Assembly (NCBI GenBank): GCA_029941865.1
Contig: JAPYTO010000003.1
Coordinates: forward strand, 3,960-67,959
Source: Fuerstiella sp.
Lineage (GTDB): Bacteria > Planctomycetota > Planctomycetia > Planctomycetales > Planctomycetaceae
Reading direction: 5' to 3'
DNA length: 64,000 nt
Shown one piece after another: positions 28,425 through 38,841 of the stretch. Within the stretch, counting starts at the first letter, position 1. Each line of letters begins with the position of its first letter. The notes beneath the pieces were generated by a model. It saw nothing but the letters and a program-made list of their open reading frames with translations. It did no database searches and was not told the origin of the DNA. A program made the translations under genes and the position numbers.

Positions 28425-30464
28425 ATGAAATTTCCATTCACAGCAATCGTGTGGTTCGCCCTCTGCGCCGTCAGCGTGTCAGTGGCGGCACAGGAAAAGA
28501 ATCCGTCCGGAGACCTCCTGACCCTGATGGACGTCTTCGAAATGGAGTTCGCCTCCGATCCGCAGATCTCACCGGACGATCGTCGCGTGGTCTACGTGCG
28601 CAATTCCATGGACATCATGAAAGACCGCAAGCGCTCGGCGCTGTGGATCGTTGATGCGGCAGGAATGGATCATCGAAAGCTGACCGACGGGACCACCAAC
28701 GAATCGTCGCCGCGGTGGTCACCCGACGGATCGAAACTACTCTACGTTTCAAAGGAGGAAGGGACGACGCAGATCTTCCTGCGTTGGATGGACACCGGCC
28801 AGACCGCCAGACTCACTCAGTTGACCAGTTCTCCGACAGGTCTTCGCTGGTCGCCGGATGGTCAGTCGATCGCGTTTTCCATGCTCGTGAGGCAAAAGGC
28901 TCCCGAACTCGTCAAGCTGCCCCCAAAACCGGAAGGCGCCGAATGGGCGGACGCACCGATCCTGATCGAACGGCTTAAGTACCGGTCCGACGGCGACGGC
29001 GATCTACCGCAGGGCTTCCACCATCTGTTCGTATTACCGGCCGACGGCGGCACACCGCGACAACTGACAAGCGGTTCTTTCCATCACCGGGATACGCCGG
29101 TTTGGAGCCCGGACGGCAAGGCTCTGATGCTCTCCGGCAACCGCAACCCGGATTGGGAGCATGAGTACCACAACTCCGAGATTTACGAGGTCAGTGTCGA
29201 CGACGGAACGATAACAGCGCTGACCTTCCGCAAAGGTCCGGACAACAGCCCGACGGTTTCTCCGGATGGAAACACCATCGCGTATTTGAGTTTCGACGAT
29301 CGGGTGCAGACGTATCAGGTGACGCACCTGCACCTCATGAATCGTGACGGCAGCAACCGGCGTGTGTTGACGGGTGATCTGGATCGAGATGCCAGCAGCC
29401 CTGTCTGGGCGAAGGATGGTTCCGGCCTTTACTTTCAATACGATGACCACGGCAATACGAAGATCGCTTTCGTCGACCTGGACGGAAACGTGCGAGTGAT
29501 CGCCGGCAGCCTGGGTGGAACGTCGTTGGGGCGACCTTACGGTGGCGGCTCGTTCAGTCTGGGGAAGAAACGGCTGGCGTTCACGCGAACTCGCCCGGAC
29601 CATCCGGCAGAAGTCGCCATTGTCGAGACTGGTGGAGACGCCAGAGAAATCACCCACCTGAACCGAGACTTTTTGGATCACCGCAAAATCGGCCGCGTGC
29701 AGGAAATTCGGTACGTGTCTTCGTTCGACAAACGAGAAATCCAGGGCTGGGTCGTCACGCCGCCTGATTTCGATCCCGGCATGAAGTACCCACTAATCCT
29801 GGAGATCCATGGTGGGCCGATACATCACTACGGCGATCGGTTCACGGCAGAGATCCAGCTTTACGCGGCACAGGGTTACGTCGTCCTCTACGCCAACCCC
29901 AGAGGCAGCACGAGCTACGGAGGAGAGTTCGGAAACCTGCTGCACCACAACTATCCCGGCGAAGACTACGATGATCTCATTTCCGGCGTAGACGCTTTGA
30001 TTGCTCGTGGGTTCATTGATGAAAAACGGTTGTACGTCACGGGCGGAAGCGCCGGCGGCATCATGACCGCATGGATCGTCGGCAAGACCGATCGCTTTCG
30101 GGCCGCGGTCGCCGCGAAGCCGGTCATCAACTGGTACAGCAAAGTTCTGATGGCTGACAATTACTACGCGTATCACAACTACCGCTACCCGGGATCACCG
30201 TGGGAAAACCCGGAAGCCTACATGAAGTTTTCGCCGATTTCCCTCGTGGGCAACGTCACCACCCCGACGATGATGCTGACAGGGACAGACGATTTGCGCA
30301 CACCGCTTTCCGAATCAGAGCAATTCTACGGCGCGTTGAAGATGCGCAACATTGACACGGCTATGGTTCGTATTCCGGGGGCGTCACACCGCATGACGGC
30401 CCGCCCCAGCCAGTTGATCGCCAAGGTCGCCAACGTATTGGCCTGGTTTGAGAGGTATCCGTAG
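28425..30464 (+). CDS. S9 family serine peptidase (prolyl oligopeptidase / acylaminoacyl-peptidase type)
   Basis: It has the signal peptide MKFPFTAIVWFALCAVSVSVAAQ. TolB-like propeller repeats are present (SPRWSPDGSKLLYVS, RWSPDGQSIAF, VWSPDGKAL). The nucleophile elbow is GGSAGG. The C-terminal Asp/His region reads GTDDLR...GASH. Confidence 0.9.
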   Translation: MKFPFTAIVWFALCAVSVSVAAQEKNPSGDLLTLMDVFEMEFASDPQISPDDRRVVYVRNSMDIMKDRKRSALWIVDAAGMDHRKLTDGTTNESSPRWSPDGSKLLYVSKEEGTTQIFLRWMDTGQTARLTQLTSSPTGLRWSPDGQSIAFSMLVRQKAPELVKLPPKPEGAEWADAPILIERLKYRSDGDGDLPQGFHHLFVLPADGGTPRQLTSGSFHHRDTPVWSPDGKALMLSGNRNPDWEHEYHNSEIYEVSVDDGTITALTFRKGPDNSPTVSPDGNTIAYLSFDDRVQTYQVTHLHLMNRDGSNRRVLTGDLDRDASSPVWAKDGSGLYFQYDDHGNTKIAFVDLDGNVRVIAGSLGGTSLGRPYGGGSFSLGKKRLAFTRTRPDHPAEVAIVETGGDAREITHLNRDFLDHRKIGRVQEIRYVSSFDKREIQGWVVTPPDFDPGMKYPLILEIHGGPIHHYGDRFTAEIQLYAAQGYVVLYANPRGSTSYGGEFGNLLHHNYPGEDYDDLISGVDALIARGFIDEKRLYVTGGSAGGIMTAWIVGKTDRFRAAVAAKPVINWYSKVLMADNYYAYHNYRYPGSPWENPEAYMKFSPISLVGNVTTPTMMLTGTDDLRTPLSESEQFYGALKMRNIDTAMVRIPGASHRMTARPSQLIAKVANVLAWFERYP

Positions 30465-30636
30465 CTGGGGATGCTGGGCTGGTCGTTTTCTTTTGAAATC
30501 CATGAATGCCACGGGACTGTTTCAAACAAGTCCGATCGTTTCGCTGGGCCAGACCGTGACGATGTTGTGCAGAACGTGCTTGCACGCACCACTTCCAACA
30601 GGAAACAACAATGAGACAGCAGAGGCGATTTCAACA

Positions 30637-32277
30637 ATGACGGACTGGGATGTCATCGTAATTGGTTCCGGGGCAGGGGGGCTGTGCGCGGCAGTTGCGC
30701 TGTCTAATCTCGGGAAACGAGTTTTGGTGCTTGAACAGCATTATCTGCCTGGAGGCTGGACTCACACCTTTGCGCTGGAAGGTCACAAATTCAGTCCCGG
30801 CGTTCACTACGTCGGGCAATTGGGCGAAGGCGGCCGTACTCGGGAAATCCTTGAAGGGCTGGGCGTTGGTGCGGACCTTGAATTCAACCAACTCAATCCC
30901 GACGGCTACGATCACATTGTCTTCGAAGACGAAACCTTCGACATTCCGCGCGGCCGTGACAATTTCATGCGTCGACTCGTGCAGCGGTTTCCCCACGAAC
31001 GCCGGGGGATCGGGCATTACTTTCAGCTGATGCGAAAGGTTGATCGCGGACTTTCTCAGGCTGCGGACATTACCGGTATCGGGGACGTACTAAAGCTGCT
31101 GTTGACCGCTCCGGCAATCATCTTTCATGGCATGAAACCCGCTGCCACGATCATCGATCGTTATGTGACGGACGTCCGACTGAAGGCAATTCTGGAAGCC
31201 CGGTCCGGCGATCACGGCATGACGCCGACTCGAGTTCCCTTCGCGCTGCATGTGGCCATCGAGGCGCACTATTGGGACGGCGGGTGGTATCCCAGGGGCG
31301 GAGGAGGTGCGATTCCCAAAGCCTTTATTTCGCGATTGAAGCAGAATGGCGGCGAGATTCGCATGAGAACGAAAGTCGCGCAGATCATTCTGGAAGTCGA
31401 CGATCAGCAGAAACGCTCCGTCGGGGTAAGACTGGAATCGGGAGAGGAATTGCGGGCCAAAACTGTGATTTCCAACGCGGACGCCTGGGTGACGTACAAC
31501 AATCTTGTCGGTCAGAAAAACCTGTCAGAACGTCTGGCCGCCCGAGTTGAGCGGCTTGAACCATCCGTGAGTGCGCTAAGTCTGTTTATTGCCACCGACC
31601 TCGACATTGATGCTTTAGGACTCGATTCAGGCAACTACTGGATCATGCATGACACCGACGTGGCTGCAACCTATCGTCTTGCGGAAACGGATGACCTGAC
31701 GGGTGACGGAGTTTTCCCGGGCGCTTTTCTTACGGTGACAACAAGAAAAGATCCCGGCAAGATCAAAGACGGGATCCACACGATCGAAGCCTTCACGTTT
31801 GTCTCTCACAAGCCATTCGCCAGGTGGGAAAACAGCGAAATGGAGAGCCGACCACAGGAATACGCTGACTTCAAAGAACGACTGAAGGACAGACTGCTGG
31901 CTTCGATTGAACGAGTGGTGCCTGGCATCCAAGACCATCTGGTGCTGTGCGAACTGGGAACTCCATTGACGAACACACATTATGTCAACGCGTATTGCGG
32001 CAACGTGTATGGGACGGCCAAGTCGAAGCAGCAAATTGGTCCGAAGTCGCTGCCTGTTCGAACAGAAATCAACGGGTTGTATCATTGTGGACAATCGACC
32101 GCGGCTCACGGGGTGCTCGGAGTGATGGTGACGGGAATTATGGCCGCATCAAAAATCACCGGGCTTCCGAGCAGTGAGATTCTGACATCTGCCGACGAGG
32201 GTGAGCTGAAGCTTCATTCTTGTGCAATTCCAACCATTCGGCAACCTGAAGAGGTCGCCCTTCACGCAGCTGAGTAG
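30637..32277 (+). CDS. FAD/NAD(P)-dependent oxidoreductase, phytoene-desaturase (CrtI) family
   Basis: The ATG at 30637 gives MTDWDVIVIGSGAGGLCAAVAL, a GxGxxG dinucleotide fold. The length and C-terminal GQSTAAHGVLGV are typical of the CrtI-like family. Confidence 0.8.
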   Translation: MTDWDVIVIGSGAGGLCAAVALSNLGKRVLVLEQHYLPGGWTHTFALEGHKFSPGVHYVGQLGEGGRTREILEGLGVGADLEFNQLNPDGYDHIVFEDETFDIPRGRDNFMRRLVQRFPHERRGIGHYFQLMRKVDRGLSQAADITGIGDVLKLLLTAPAIIFHGMKPAATIIDRYVTDVRLKAILEARSGDHGMTPTRVPFALHVAIEAHYWDGGWYPRGGGGAIPKAFISRLKQNGGEIRMRTKVAQIILEVDDQQKRSVGVRLESGEELRAKTVISNADAWVTYNNLVGQKNLSERLAARVERLEPSVSALSLFIATDLDIDALGLDSGNYWIMHDTDVAATYRLAETDDLTGDGVFPGAFLTVTTRKDPGKIKDGIHTIEAFTFVSHKPFARWENSEMESRPQEYADFKERLKDRLLASIERVVPGIQDHLVLCELGTPLTNTHYVNAYCGNVYGTAKSKQQIGPKSLPVRTEINGLYHCGQSTAAHGVLGVMVTGIMAASKITGLPSSEILTSADEGELKLHSCAIPTIRQPEEVALHAAE

Positions 32278-32391
32278 TCCACATGATGAACTCGTGTCGG
32301 AAAGGGGGTCAATCTGCGAACGTGTATGCTGCCGGGCGTGTCAGTGACCTGACCAGTCGCAAAACGTCAGCGAAATACTGTCTCTTTCAAT

Positions 32392-33636
32392 TTGTTCACC
32401 CGAGCATCCCAAGTGTCTTCTTCGTACCCCGCAGCAACTCCGCAACCTGAGACTCATGTATTCCTGCTGAGGACTGCTGAGTTGCTGCACCGGTATGGCA
32501 CTCCGTCATACCGTCTTGAAGGGGTGATGGGCAAGGTGGCCGATAGCCTGAACGTTCCCAGCGTCTTTCTGTATACGCCGACGGCCCTTGTGGTCGCTTT
32601 GGGCAGCGGCGCCCAGGAACGGACTTACCTGCGTCGAGTTGATTCCGGTGATATTGACATCAGCAAGGTGCTGGCATTTGATGCCGCGCTGGAAGACCTG
32701 GAATCTGGTCAGATTTCGATCAGCGAAGCAGCGGCAAGACTCGAATCTGCGGCCCACGCGCCGGCGGCGTTTAACCTGCCTGTTTCATTGCTGGCGGCGG
32801 CCATCGCGTGCGCCGGAGTGGCGGTCATCTTTGGTGGTAACATCTTCGACACATTAGTCGCCGGATTGTTCGGCTGCGTAATCGCGTACGTCACGACGCT
32901 CTACCAACGTTCCTTCGCGCAGCGTGGCTGGCTGGAACCGGTTCTTGGATTCACGGCGGCCATTGCCGCGGTCGTGATTGGACAATGGCTGCCGGTGAAC
33001 GACAAGTTGGTGACCCTGGCCGCATTGATCCTGCCAATTCCTGGCCTCACGCTCACGATCGCTCTGACCGAACTGGCAACTGGTCACCTGTCTTCCGGAA
33101 GTGCCCGACTGGCGGGCGCAACGGTGACTCTGTTTACTCTGGTCGTGGGAGTCGCCATTGCATGGCGTTTGTCGAGCGTCTGGATCCAGCCAGTTCAACC
33201 GACGCTTGATGCTCTGCCCGGGTGGTGCCTGTGGATTGCAGTGACCCTGACACCGATCGCATTCGCCGTCGTCTTTAAGGCCCCCATGTCGCAGTGGCCG
33301 GCAATCATGCTGGTTGTCGTCAGTGGATTCGTGGCCGGCCGACTGTTCGGCACGCTGGCAGGAACGGAAGTGGGCGCGTTCGTGGGAGCACTGGTCGTTG
33401 GCTGCGGCAGCAATGTCTACGCCCGATTACTGAACCGCCCGGCAATGGTGCCACAGACACCGGGACTGATGATCCTGGTTCCAGGTTCCATCGGCTACAA
33501 GTCGCTCACGGCAATGGTCGAAAGCGATACGATCCGAGGCGTCGAACTTGCCTTTTCGATGTCGATCGTGGGCGTCGCCGTGGTGGGCGGATTGTTGCTT
33601 GCCAATCAGATCATTTCGCCGAAGCGAAGCCTATAA
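32392..33636 (+). CDS. Threonine/serine exporter (ThrE) family membrane protein
   Basis: LLHRYGTPSYRLEGVMGKVADSLNV is typical of the ThrE N-domain. About 10 TM helices follow. The start codon is non-ATG (TTG 32392) and uncertain. Confidence 0.75.
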   Translation: MFTRASQVSSSYPAATPQPETHVFLLRTAELLHRYGTPSYRLEGVMGKVADSLNVPSVFLYTPTALVVALGSGAQERTYLRRVDSGDIDISKVLAFDAALEDLESGQISISEAAARLESAAHAPAAFNLPVSLLAAAIACAGVAVIFGGNIFDTLVAGLFGCVIAYVTTLYQRSFAQRGWLEPVLGFTAAIAAVVIGQWLPVNDKLVTLAALILPIPGLTLTIALTELATGHLSSGSARLAGATVTLFTLVVGVAIAWRLSSVWIQPVQPTLDALPGWCLWIAVTLTPIAFAVVFKAPMSQWPAIMLVVVSGFVAGRLFGTLAGTEVGAFVGALVVGCGSNVYARLLNRPAMVPQTPGLMILVPGSIGYKSLTAMVESDTIRGVELAFSMSIVGVAVVGGLLLANQIISPKRSL

Positions 33637-33939
33637 ATCCGACAACGTCAGGGAATGGTTGCGAAAAAAAACGCAAAAACACATCCAAAGCTCTTGACTA
33701 CAGCGCTTCCATAGACGGATCCAGGAGCCACAGCGACGCCGCTCCGGCAATGGGATGCACAGAGAAGTGGGCTGACGAAGCCGGAACAGCGCTTCGCTCG
33801 GTCCGGCCTACTCTCTCGAAACAGATTCGTCCCCCCACCACGTTTTCTCTGGCCGCTTATCTGCGGTATGCTGCTATTCTTTGGTGACGCCAGCCGTTGT
33901 TGGCGTCCAGGAACTTTGCACACTGGAGTCACTGAAACA

Positions 33940-34890
33940 ATGCGTGCGATTCTTAACCGCGTGTCGGCGATCTGTCTCAGTGGCCTGGTATGTTCGCCAA
34001 TTGTTGCTGACGAACGCGAAGCCAACGAACCCTATGTCGTTGTCCTGGGCGTTGCCCAGGACGCAGGTTTCCCACAGGCCGGCTGCCGAAAAAAGTGTTG
34101 CCAGGCCGCGTGGAACGACCAGAAGCTCAGGCGATATGCCGCGTGCCTGGCCATCGTTGACCCACAGACTGGCCAGCGTTGGTTGATCGACTGCACACCG
34201 GACTTCCGCGAACAATTGCGTGCCTTAGACCAACTTTCGCCGACAAACCAAACCGTCGGCATCGATGGTATCCTGCTCACACATGCTCACATCGGCCATT
34301 ACGCTGGCTTGATACATCTCGGGCGAGAGGTGATGGGCGCGAACGGCGTGCCGGTTTACGCGATGCCCAGGATGCGCCGCTTCCTGGAAGAAAACGGTCC
34401 CTGGGAACAACTGATCAGACTTCATCAGATCGCCATCCGGAATCTCGCCGCCGGCCAGCCAGTGAAGCTCAATAGACGAATCGAAGTGACTCCGTTCCTT
34501 GTGCCGCATCGCGATGAGTACTCGGAGACCGTGGGCTTTAGCATCCAGGGCCCTTCCCGCACGGTTATCTACATACCGGACATCGACAAATGGAAACGCT
34601 GGGAGATCAGAATCGAAGACATCGTGGCCGACGCGGACATCGCCTACCTTGACGGCACCTTCTTCGCCAACGGAGAACTGCCCGGACGCAACATGTCTCA
34701 GATCCCGCATCCATTTGTCATGGAGAGCATTGAGAGGTTCAAGCCCCTACCCGCCAAAGATCGCGACAAAGTGCGGTTTACACATGCCAACCACACCAAC
34801 CCGATCCTGGACCCATCATCATCGGCAACCCGTGCTGTCATAGCCGCCGGACATCACGTGGCCGAACAGGGAGAACGGTTTAGCTTTTAA
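33940..34890 (+). CDS. MBL-fold metallo-hydrolase, PqqB-like
   Basis: The signal-like start is MRAILNRVSAICLSGLV. GVAQDAGFPQAGC resembles the PqqB N-terminus. LLTHAHIGHYAGL is the metal motif. Confidence 0.75.
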   Translation: MRAILNRVSAICLSGLVCSPIVADEREANEPYVVVLGVAQDAGFPQAGCRKKCCQAAWNDQKLRRYAACLAIVDPQTGQRWLIDCTPDFREQLRALDQLSPTNQTVGIDGILLTHAHIGHYAGLIHLGREVMGANGVPVYAMPRMRRFLEENGPWEQLIRLHQIAIRNLAAGQPVKLNRRIEVTPFLVPHRDEYSETVGFSIQGPSRTVIYIPDIDKWKRWEIRIEDIVADADIAYLDGTFFANGELPGRNMSQIPHPFVMESIERFKPLPAKDRDKVRFTHANHTNPILDPSSSATRAVIAAGHHVAEQGERFSF

Positions 34891-35116
34891 AAAACAGAGG
34901 GCCGAGCGACGGGTGCGATTCATGTAGCCTTAGACCATTATCCCACGGTGCATCAAAGTTTTGCACGGGACGATGGTCACATCCTACGATTGAAAACCAC
35001 AATCCGCGACGGCACCCGCTGCGGCGAGTGTTTCGGAAACGACCGGACACTCGCTCGAAGTGTTGGTAAACTGTCACCGACGCCGATTCCATGAAATCCT
35101 GAACACCGACGAACTG

Positions 35117-38062
35117 ATGAGGCACTACAAAGCAATTCGCCGCGGTTTTTTCTGCCTGGCATTCCTCTCCATAACTGTGCTGTCAGCTCAAACACCCGAC
35201 AGCCGGGAGTGGCCGTTCTATCCTCCGCGAATCGCGGACCCACCGATGGTCCGGTCCGACTGGATTCGTAACGGAATCGACGCCTTCGTTCTGCAACGGC
35301 TAAATGAAGCCGGCCTGCAACCCGCGCACGAGGCCACTCGGCAACAACTTGTGCGGCGATTGTATTTTGACTTGATTGGCCTGCCACCAACCCCTGAGGA
35401 TGTCGCAGCATTTCTGCACGACGAATCCGCGGGAGCTTACGAAGCGCTCGTCGATCGCCTGTTGCTGGATTCGCGACACGGAGAAAGATGGGCGCGGTTG
35501 TGGCTTGATCTGGCTCGGTATGCCGACACGGCGGGTTACGAAGGTGACCCGGATCTGCCCCATGCATGGCGATATCGTGACTATGTGATCGACGCCTTCA
35601 ACAACGACAAACCGTACACCGAATTCATCAGGGAGCAGATCGCGGGGGACGAGTTCGAAGAAGTCATGGGCGCAGGCGATCTGCCCGGGACTCCCCCAGA
35701 ACGCGTTGTGGCCATGACGTTTCTGCGACTGGCACCGTTCACCGAACCACGTGGTGACGAGACACGTCACGAACTGCTCAGCGAAATGACATCAACCGTG
35801 AGCTCGGTGTTCCTCGGTCTGACCGTTGGCTGTGCGAAGTGTCACGACCACAAGCACGACAATATTCCCACTCGAGACTTTTATCGGCTGAAAGCATTCT
35901 TCGCGACGGTTTCCATTCCACGGCCCGAACCGGGCGACGGATTTCAGATCGGTGGTTCGCTCAATGCACCGTTTTATCGCAAGGGTGAACAGGATTGGGC
36001 CGACGCGCAGCGGACAGCGTTTGAACGCGAAATCGAGAAATCGAAGCAACAGCTGCAGCAACTCACAAAGGCGCTGACTGCGCAACTGGGTGGCCAGGCC
36101 GGTTTTGGATTGCAGGCGATGGGTGGGCCACTCGGCAACAATTACATTTTTGGTCGGTCACCCGTGCATCAGGGCGATTTGCACATGTCAATTGTCAACT
36201 GCGACGGAAAACAGTGGACGTTCTCCACGGACAACCACGCCCACCTGCGGACCGGCAGCAACGCCGGCACGAATCAGGGGCAATGGTTCGGCGATCTTCC
36301 CAACCCGCGGCACATTTCAATGGGGCAGTACTCGGAAGGAACAGGACAGATCAAAGTCGCCGACGCCAACCACGTCGGAGAAATCTCTCAAGTGCTCATT
36401 TATGATCACCCGCTCAGCGACGTCGAACGCAGTACTCTGGACGCGTGGTTAAAATCGAGACGCACGGGCGATGCTCCTGATACAGGAAATTCCTCGGAAC
36501 CGCCAGGCGAGGGGTTGCAGTTCTGGCTGGATGCGGCCGACCTTGATGCGGATTCCGCGAATCCCAATCCTCGGCACGGCAGCCGAGTTTCGCGGTGGAC
36601 CGACCGTATCGCCGGCATCACGCTCAGGCAGGATGATCCCACACGCCAACCCACGCTGGCCGTGGTGCAGCCAAACAGCACAGCCGCAGGAACAACCGGA
36701 ATGGTCGGTGTTCGTTTTGAAGACGATTTTCTTACCGGTCCGGTCAATGACGCCGCGTTCACGCAGAATCAGACCGGTTCGCTGGTGGTTGTCTACACGG
36801 CCCGGCATTCGCACGAAGGCTACGGTTTTGAAGTTGGCGGCGAGGGGGCATTTCTGAGCACGTTTATCAATCCCGGTGCATCTGCTCGCGAAAACCTGGA
36901 TTCGGTTCTGGCTGACAACGACAACACGCTGGTGTCGAACGAGGATCGGCGGAAGCATCGCTGGTTGTCGGGTCGTGAGCGGTTCCTGCGGCAGCAAATC
37001 AAGCGATTGCAGCCGGTGGCCATGTCACTGCGGCATTCTTACGGTCCGCCGTACGAGCCAGGTGTGCCGACTTCGCGAGTGATGATTCGTGGCGAATACG
37101 ACAACCCAGGAGAAGTCGTTACTCCCGGATTTCCGAGCTGCATTACCGGCCACGATGAACCTGCCGCGATCCGGCTGGACCCGTTCAAACGGTGGCCGAC
37201 GCGCAGTCGACGCATGGTGCTGGCAAAGTGGATCGCAAGTCCGGAAAATCCTCTCACCGCACGGGTGATGGTCAATCGGCTCTGGCACTGGCATTTCGGC
37301 CGTGGCATTGTCGCCACACCCAGCGACTTTGGACAACTCAGTGGCGGACAATCTCATCGGGAGCTGCTGGACTGGCTGGCCCTGGAATTCGTCAAGGGAA
37401 AATGGAGCCTGAAGGATCTTCATCGATTGATCGTGACGTCCGCCACGTATCGGCAGACGTCTGTACACTCCAGCAAACTCGCTGTGGAGATCGATCCGGA
37501 CAATCAATTGTTATGGCGATTTCGTCGGCGTCGACTGGAGGCAGAAGCCGTGCGAGACAGCGTGCTGAGCGCCAGCGGCCGACTCAACCCCGAACAGTTT
37601 GGTCTGCCAATCTTTCCGCCGCTGCCGGGCGACATCGAAGAACGGGTCAAGTTTTCGAACAGCAAGTGGGACACGCAGCATGGGCCGGAAGGTCGTAAAC
37701 GCAGCATTTACATTTACCAGCAACGCACGCTGACAATGCCGTTCATGCAGTCGTTTGACGCCCTTGTGTGTGATGAATCGCGACCGCGACGGCAGCATTC
37801 CGTGACTTCACTGCAGGCATTGGCAATGTACAACGGACGTTTTGTCAGTGAGGAAGCCCGCCATTTTGCTGCCCGAGTTGGCAGGAAAGTTGACAGTGGA
37901 GTCGTAAATCAGATCGAGCGAGCATTTCAGATTGCTCTCAGTCGGCCGCCTTCGGCTGACGAGTTGGCAGAAATGAAAACGATTGCAGGTTCGGACTCCG
38001 CTGGAATTGCGGCGGTCTGTCGAGTCCTGCTGAACACAAACGAGTTTATTTATGTCGACTGA
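35117..38062 (+). CDS. DUF1549/DUF1553 domain protein with internal LamG-like insert
   Basis: The DUF1549 region reads IDAFVLQRLNEAGL...LVRRLYFDLIGLPPTPEDV...GERWARLWLDLARYADT. The central LamG-like region reads ISQVLIYDHPLSDVERSTLDAWL. The DUF1553 region reads VNRLWHWHFGRGIVATPSDFG. Confidence 0.88.
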   Translation: MRHYKAIRRGFFCLAFLSITVLSAQTPDSREWPFYPPRIADPPMVRSDWIRNGIDAFVLQRLNEAGLQPAHEATRQQLVRRLYFDLIGLPPTPEDVAAFLHDESAGAYEALVDRLLLDSRHGERWARLWLDLARYADTAGYEGDPDLPHAWRYRDYVIDAFNNDKPYTEFIREQIAGDEFEEVMGAGDLPGTPPERVVAMTFLRLAPFTEPRGDETRHELLSEMTSTVSSVFLGLTVGCAKCHDHKHDNIPTRDFYRLKAFFATVSIPRPEPGDGFQIGGSLNAPFYRKGEQDWADAQRTAFEREIEKSKQQLQQLTKALTAQLGGQAGFGLQAMGGPLGNNYIFGRSPVHQGDLHMSIVNCDGKQWTFSTDNHAHLRTGSNAGTNQGQWFGDLPNPRHISMGQYSEGTGQIKVADANHVGEISQVLIYDHPLSDVERSTLDAWLKSRRTGDAPDTGNSSEPPGEGLQFWLDAADLDADSANPNPRHGSRVSRWTDRIAGITLRQDDPTRQPTLAVVQPNSTAAGTTGMVGVRFEDDFLTGPVNDAAFTQNQTGSLVVVYTARHSHEGYGFEVGGEGAFLSTFINPGASARENLDSVLADNDNTLVSNEDRRKHRWLSGRERFLRQQIKRLQPVAMSLRHSYGPPYEPGVPTSRVMIRGEYDNPGEVVTPGFPSCITGHDEPAAIRLDPFKRWPTRSRRMVLAKWIASPENPLTARVMVNRLWHWHFGRGIVATPSDFGQLSGGQSHRELLDWLALEFVKGKWSLKDLHRLIVTSATYRQTSVHSSKLAVEIDPDNQLLWRFRRRRLEAEAVRDSVLSASGRLNPEQFGLPIFPPLPGDIEERVKFSNSKWDTQHGPEGRKRSIYIYQQRTLTMPFMQSFDALVCDESRPRRQHSVTSLQALAMYNGRFVSEEARHFAARVGRKVDSGVVNQIERAFQIALSRPPSADELAEMKTIAGSDSAGIAAVCRVLLNTNEFIYVD

Positions 38063-38813
38063 ACATCTTCAGGCCAGCCTGTCTGCGGCGACCAATGAAA
38101 CTCAGGCGCGGATCAACCTTGCAGCCATTCTGCGGTGGGCCGATCGGCTGGCACTCAGCGAAGGCATCTGCAATCATTTCAGCCTTCTTGTGCCCGGCAC
38201 GACGGATCAGTTTCTGCTGAATCCGCAGGGGCTGCACTGGTCTGAGATGCGAGCTAGTGATTTGATCGTGGTTAATGCAGACGGCGAACTGACCAAGGGC
38301 CAATACGCCGCAGAGCCATCCGCGTTCTTTATTCACTCCTGCGTGCATCGCAGCCGACCATCAGCAAAGTGCGTGCTGCACGCGCATCCACCTTACTGCA
38401 CCGCGTTGTCCTGCATAGACGGCGGTCGGCTGGTAATGTGCAGCCAGAATGCAATCCGGTTTTATGGGCGAGTGGCCTATGACGAGAACTATAACGGAGC
38501 TGCCTTTGATGATGACGAGGGCGCTCGCATCAGTTCGAAACTTGCTGATAAGGACGTCCTGTTGATGGCAAATCATGGTGTGCTGATCGCTGCAGACGAC
38601 GCAGCGCAGGCGTTCGATCACCTCTATTACCTGGAGCGCGCCGCAATGACGCAGATCATGGCGATGAACACCGGTCGGCGCCTGCGAATGATACCGGAAA
38701 AGGTGTGTCAGATGGCATACGGACAGTTCGGCGCAGAGTCGCAGCAGGCTTATCATTTTCTTGCGGCCATCAAGCGAATTCTGACTCGAGAATGTCCGGA
38801 GTTCATGGAGTAA
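38052..38813 (+). CDS. Class II aldolase / adducin N-terminal domain family protein
   Basis: The blocks are NHFSLLVP, FFIHSCVHRSRP...VLHAHPPYCTAL and LMANHGVLI. It overlaps the upstream stop by 11 nt and ends 1 nt before the next ORF. Confidence 0.85.
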   Translation: MSTEHLQASLSAATNETQARINLAAILRWADRLALSEGICNHFSLLVPGTTDQFLLNPQGLHWSEMRASDLIVVNADGELTKGQYAAEPSAFFIHSCVHRSRPSAKCVLHAHPPYCTALSCIDGGRLVMCSQNAIRFYGRVAYDENYNGAAFDDDEGARISSKLADKDVLLMANHGVLIAADDAAQAFDHLYYLERAAMTQIMAMNTGRRLRMIPEKVCQMAYGQFGAESQQAYHFLAAIKRILTRECPEFME

Positions 38814-38841
38814 ATTGAGGCAACAGCAAGTGAGTTTTCTG

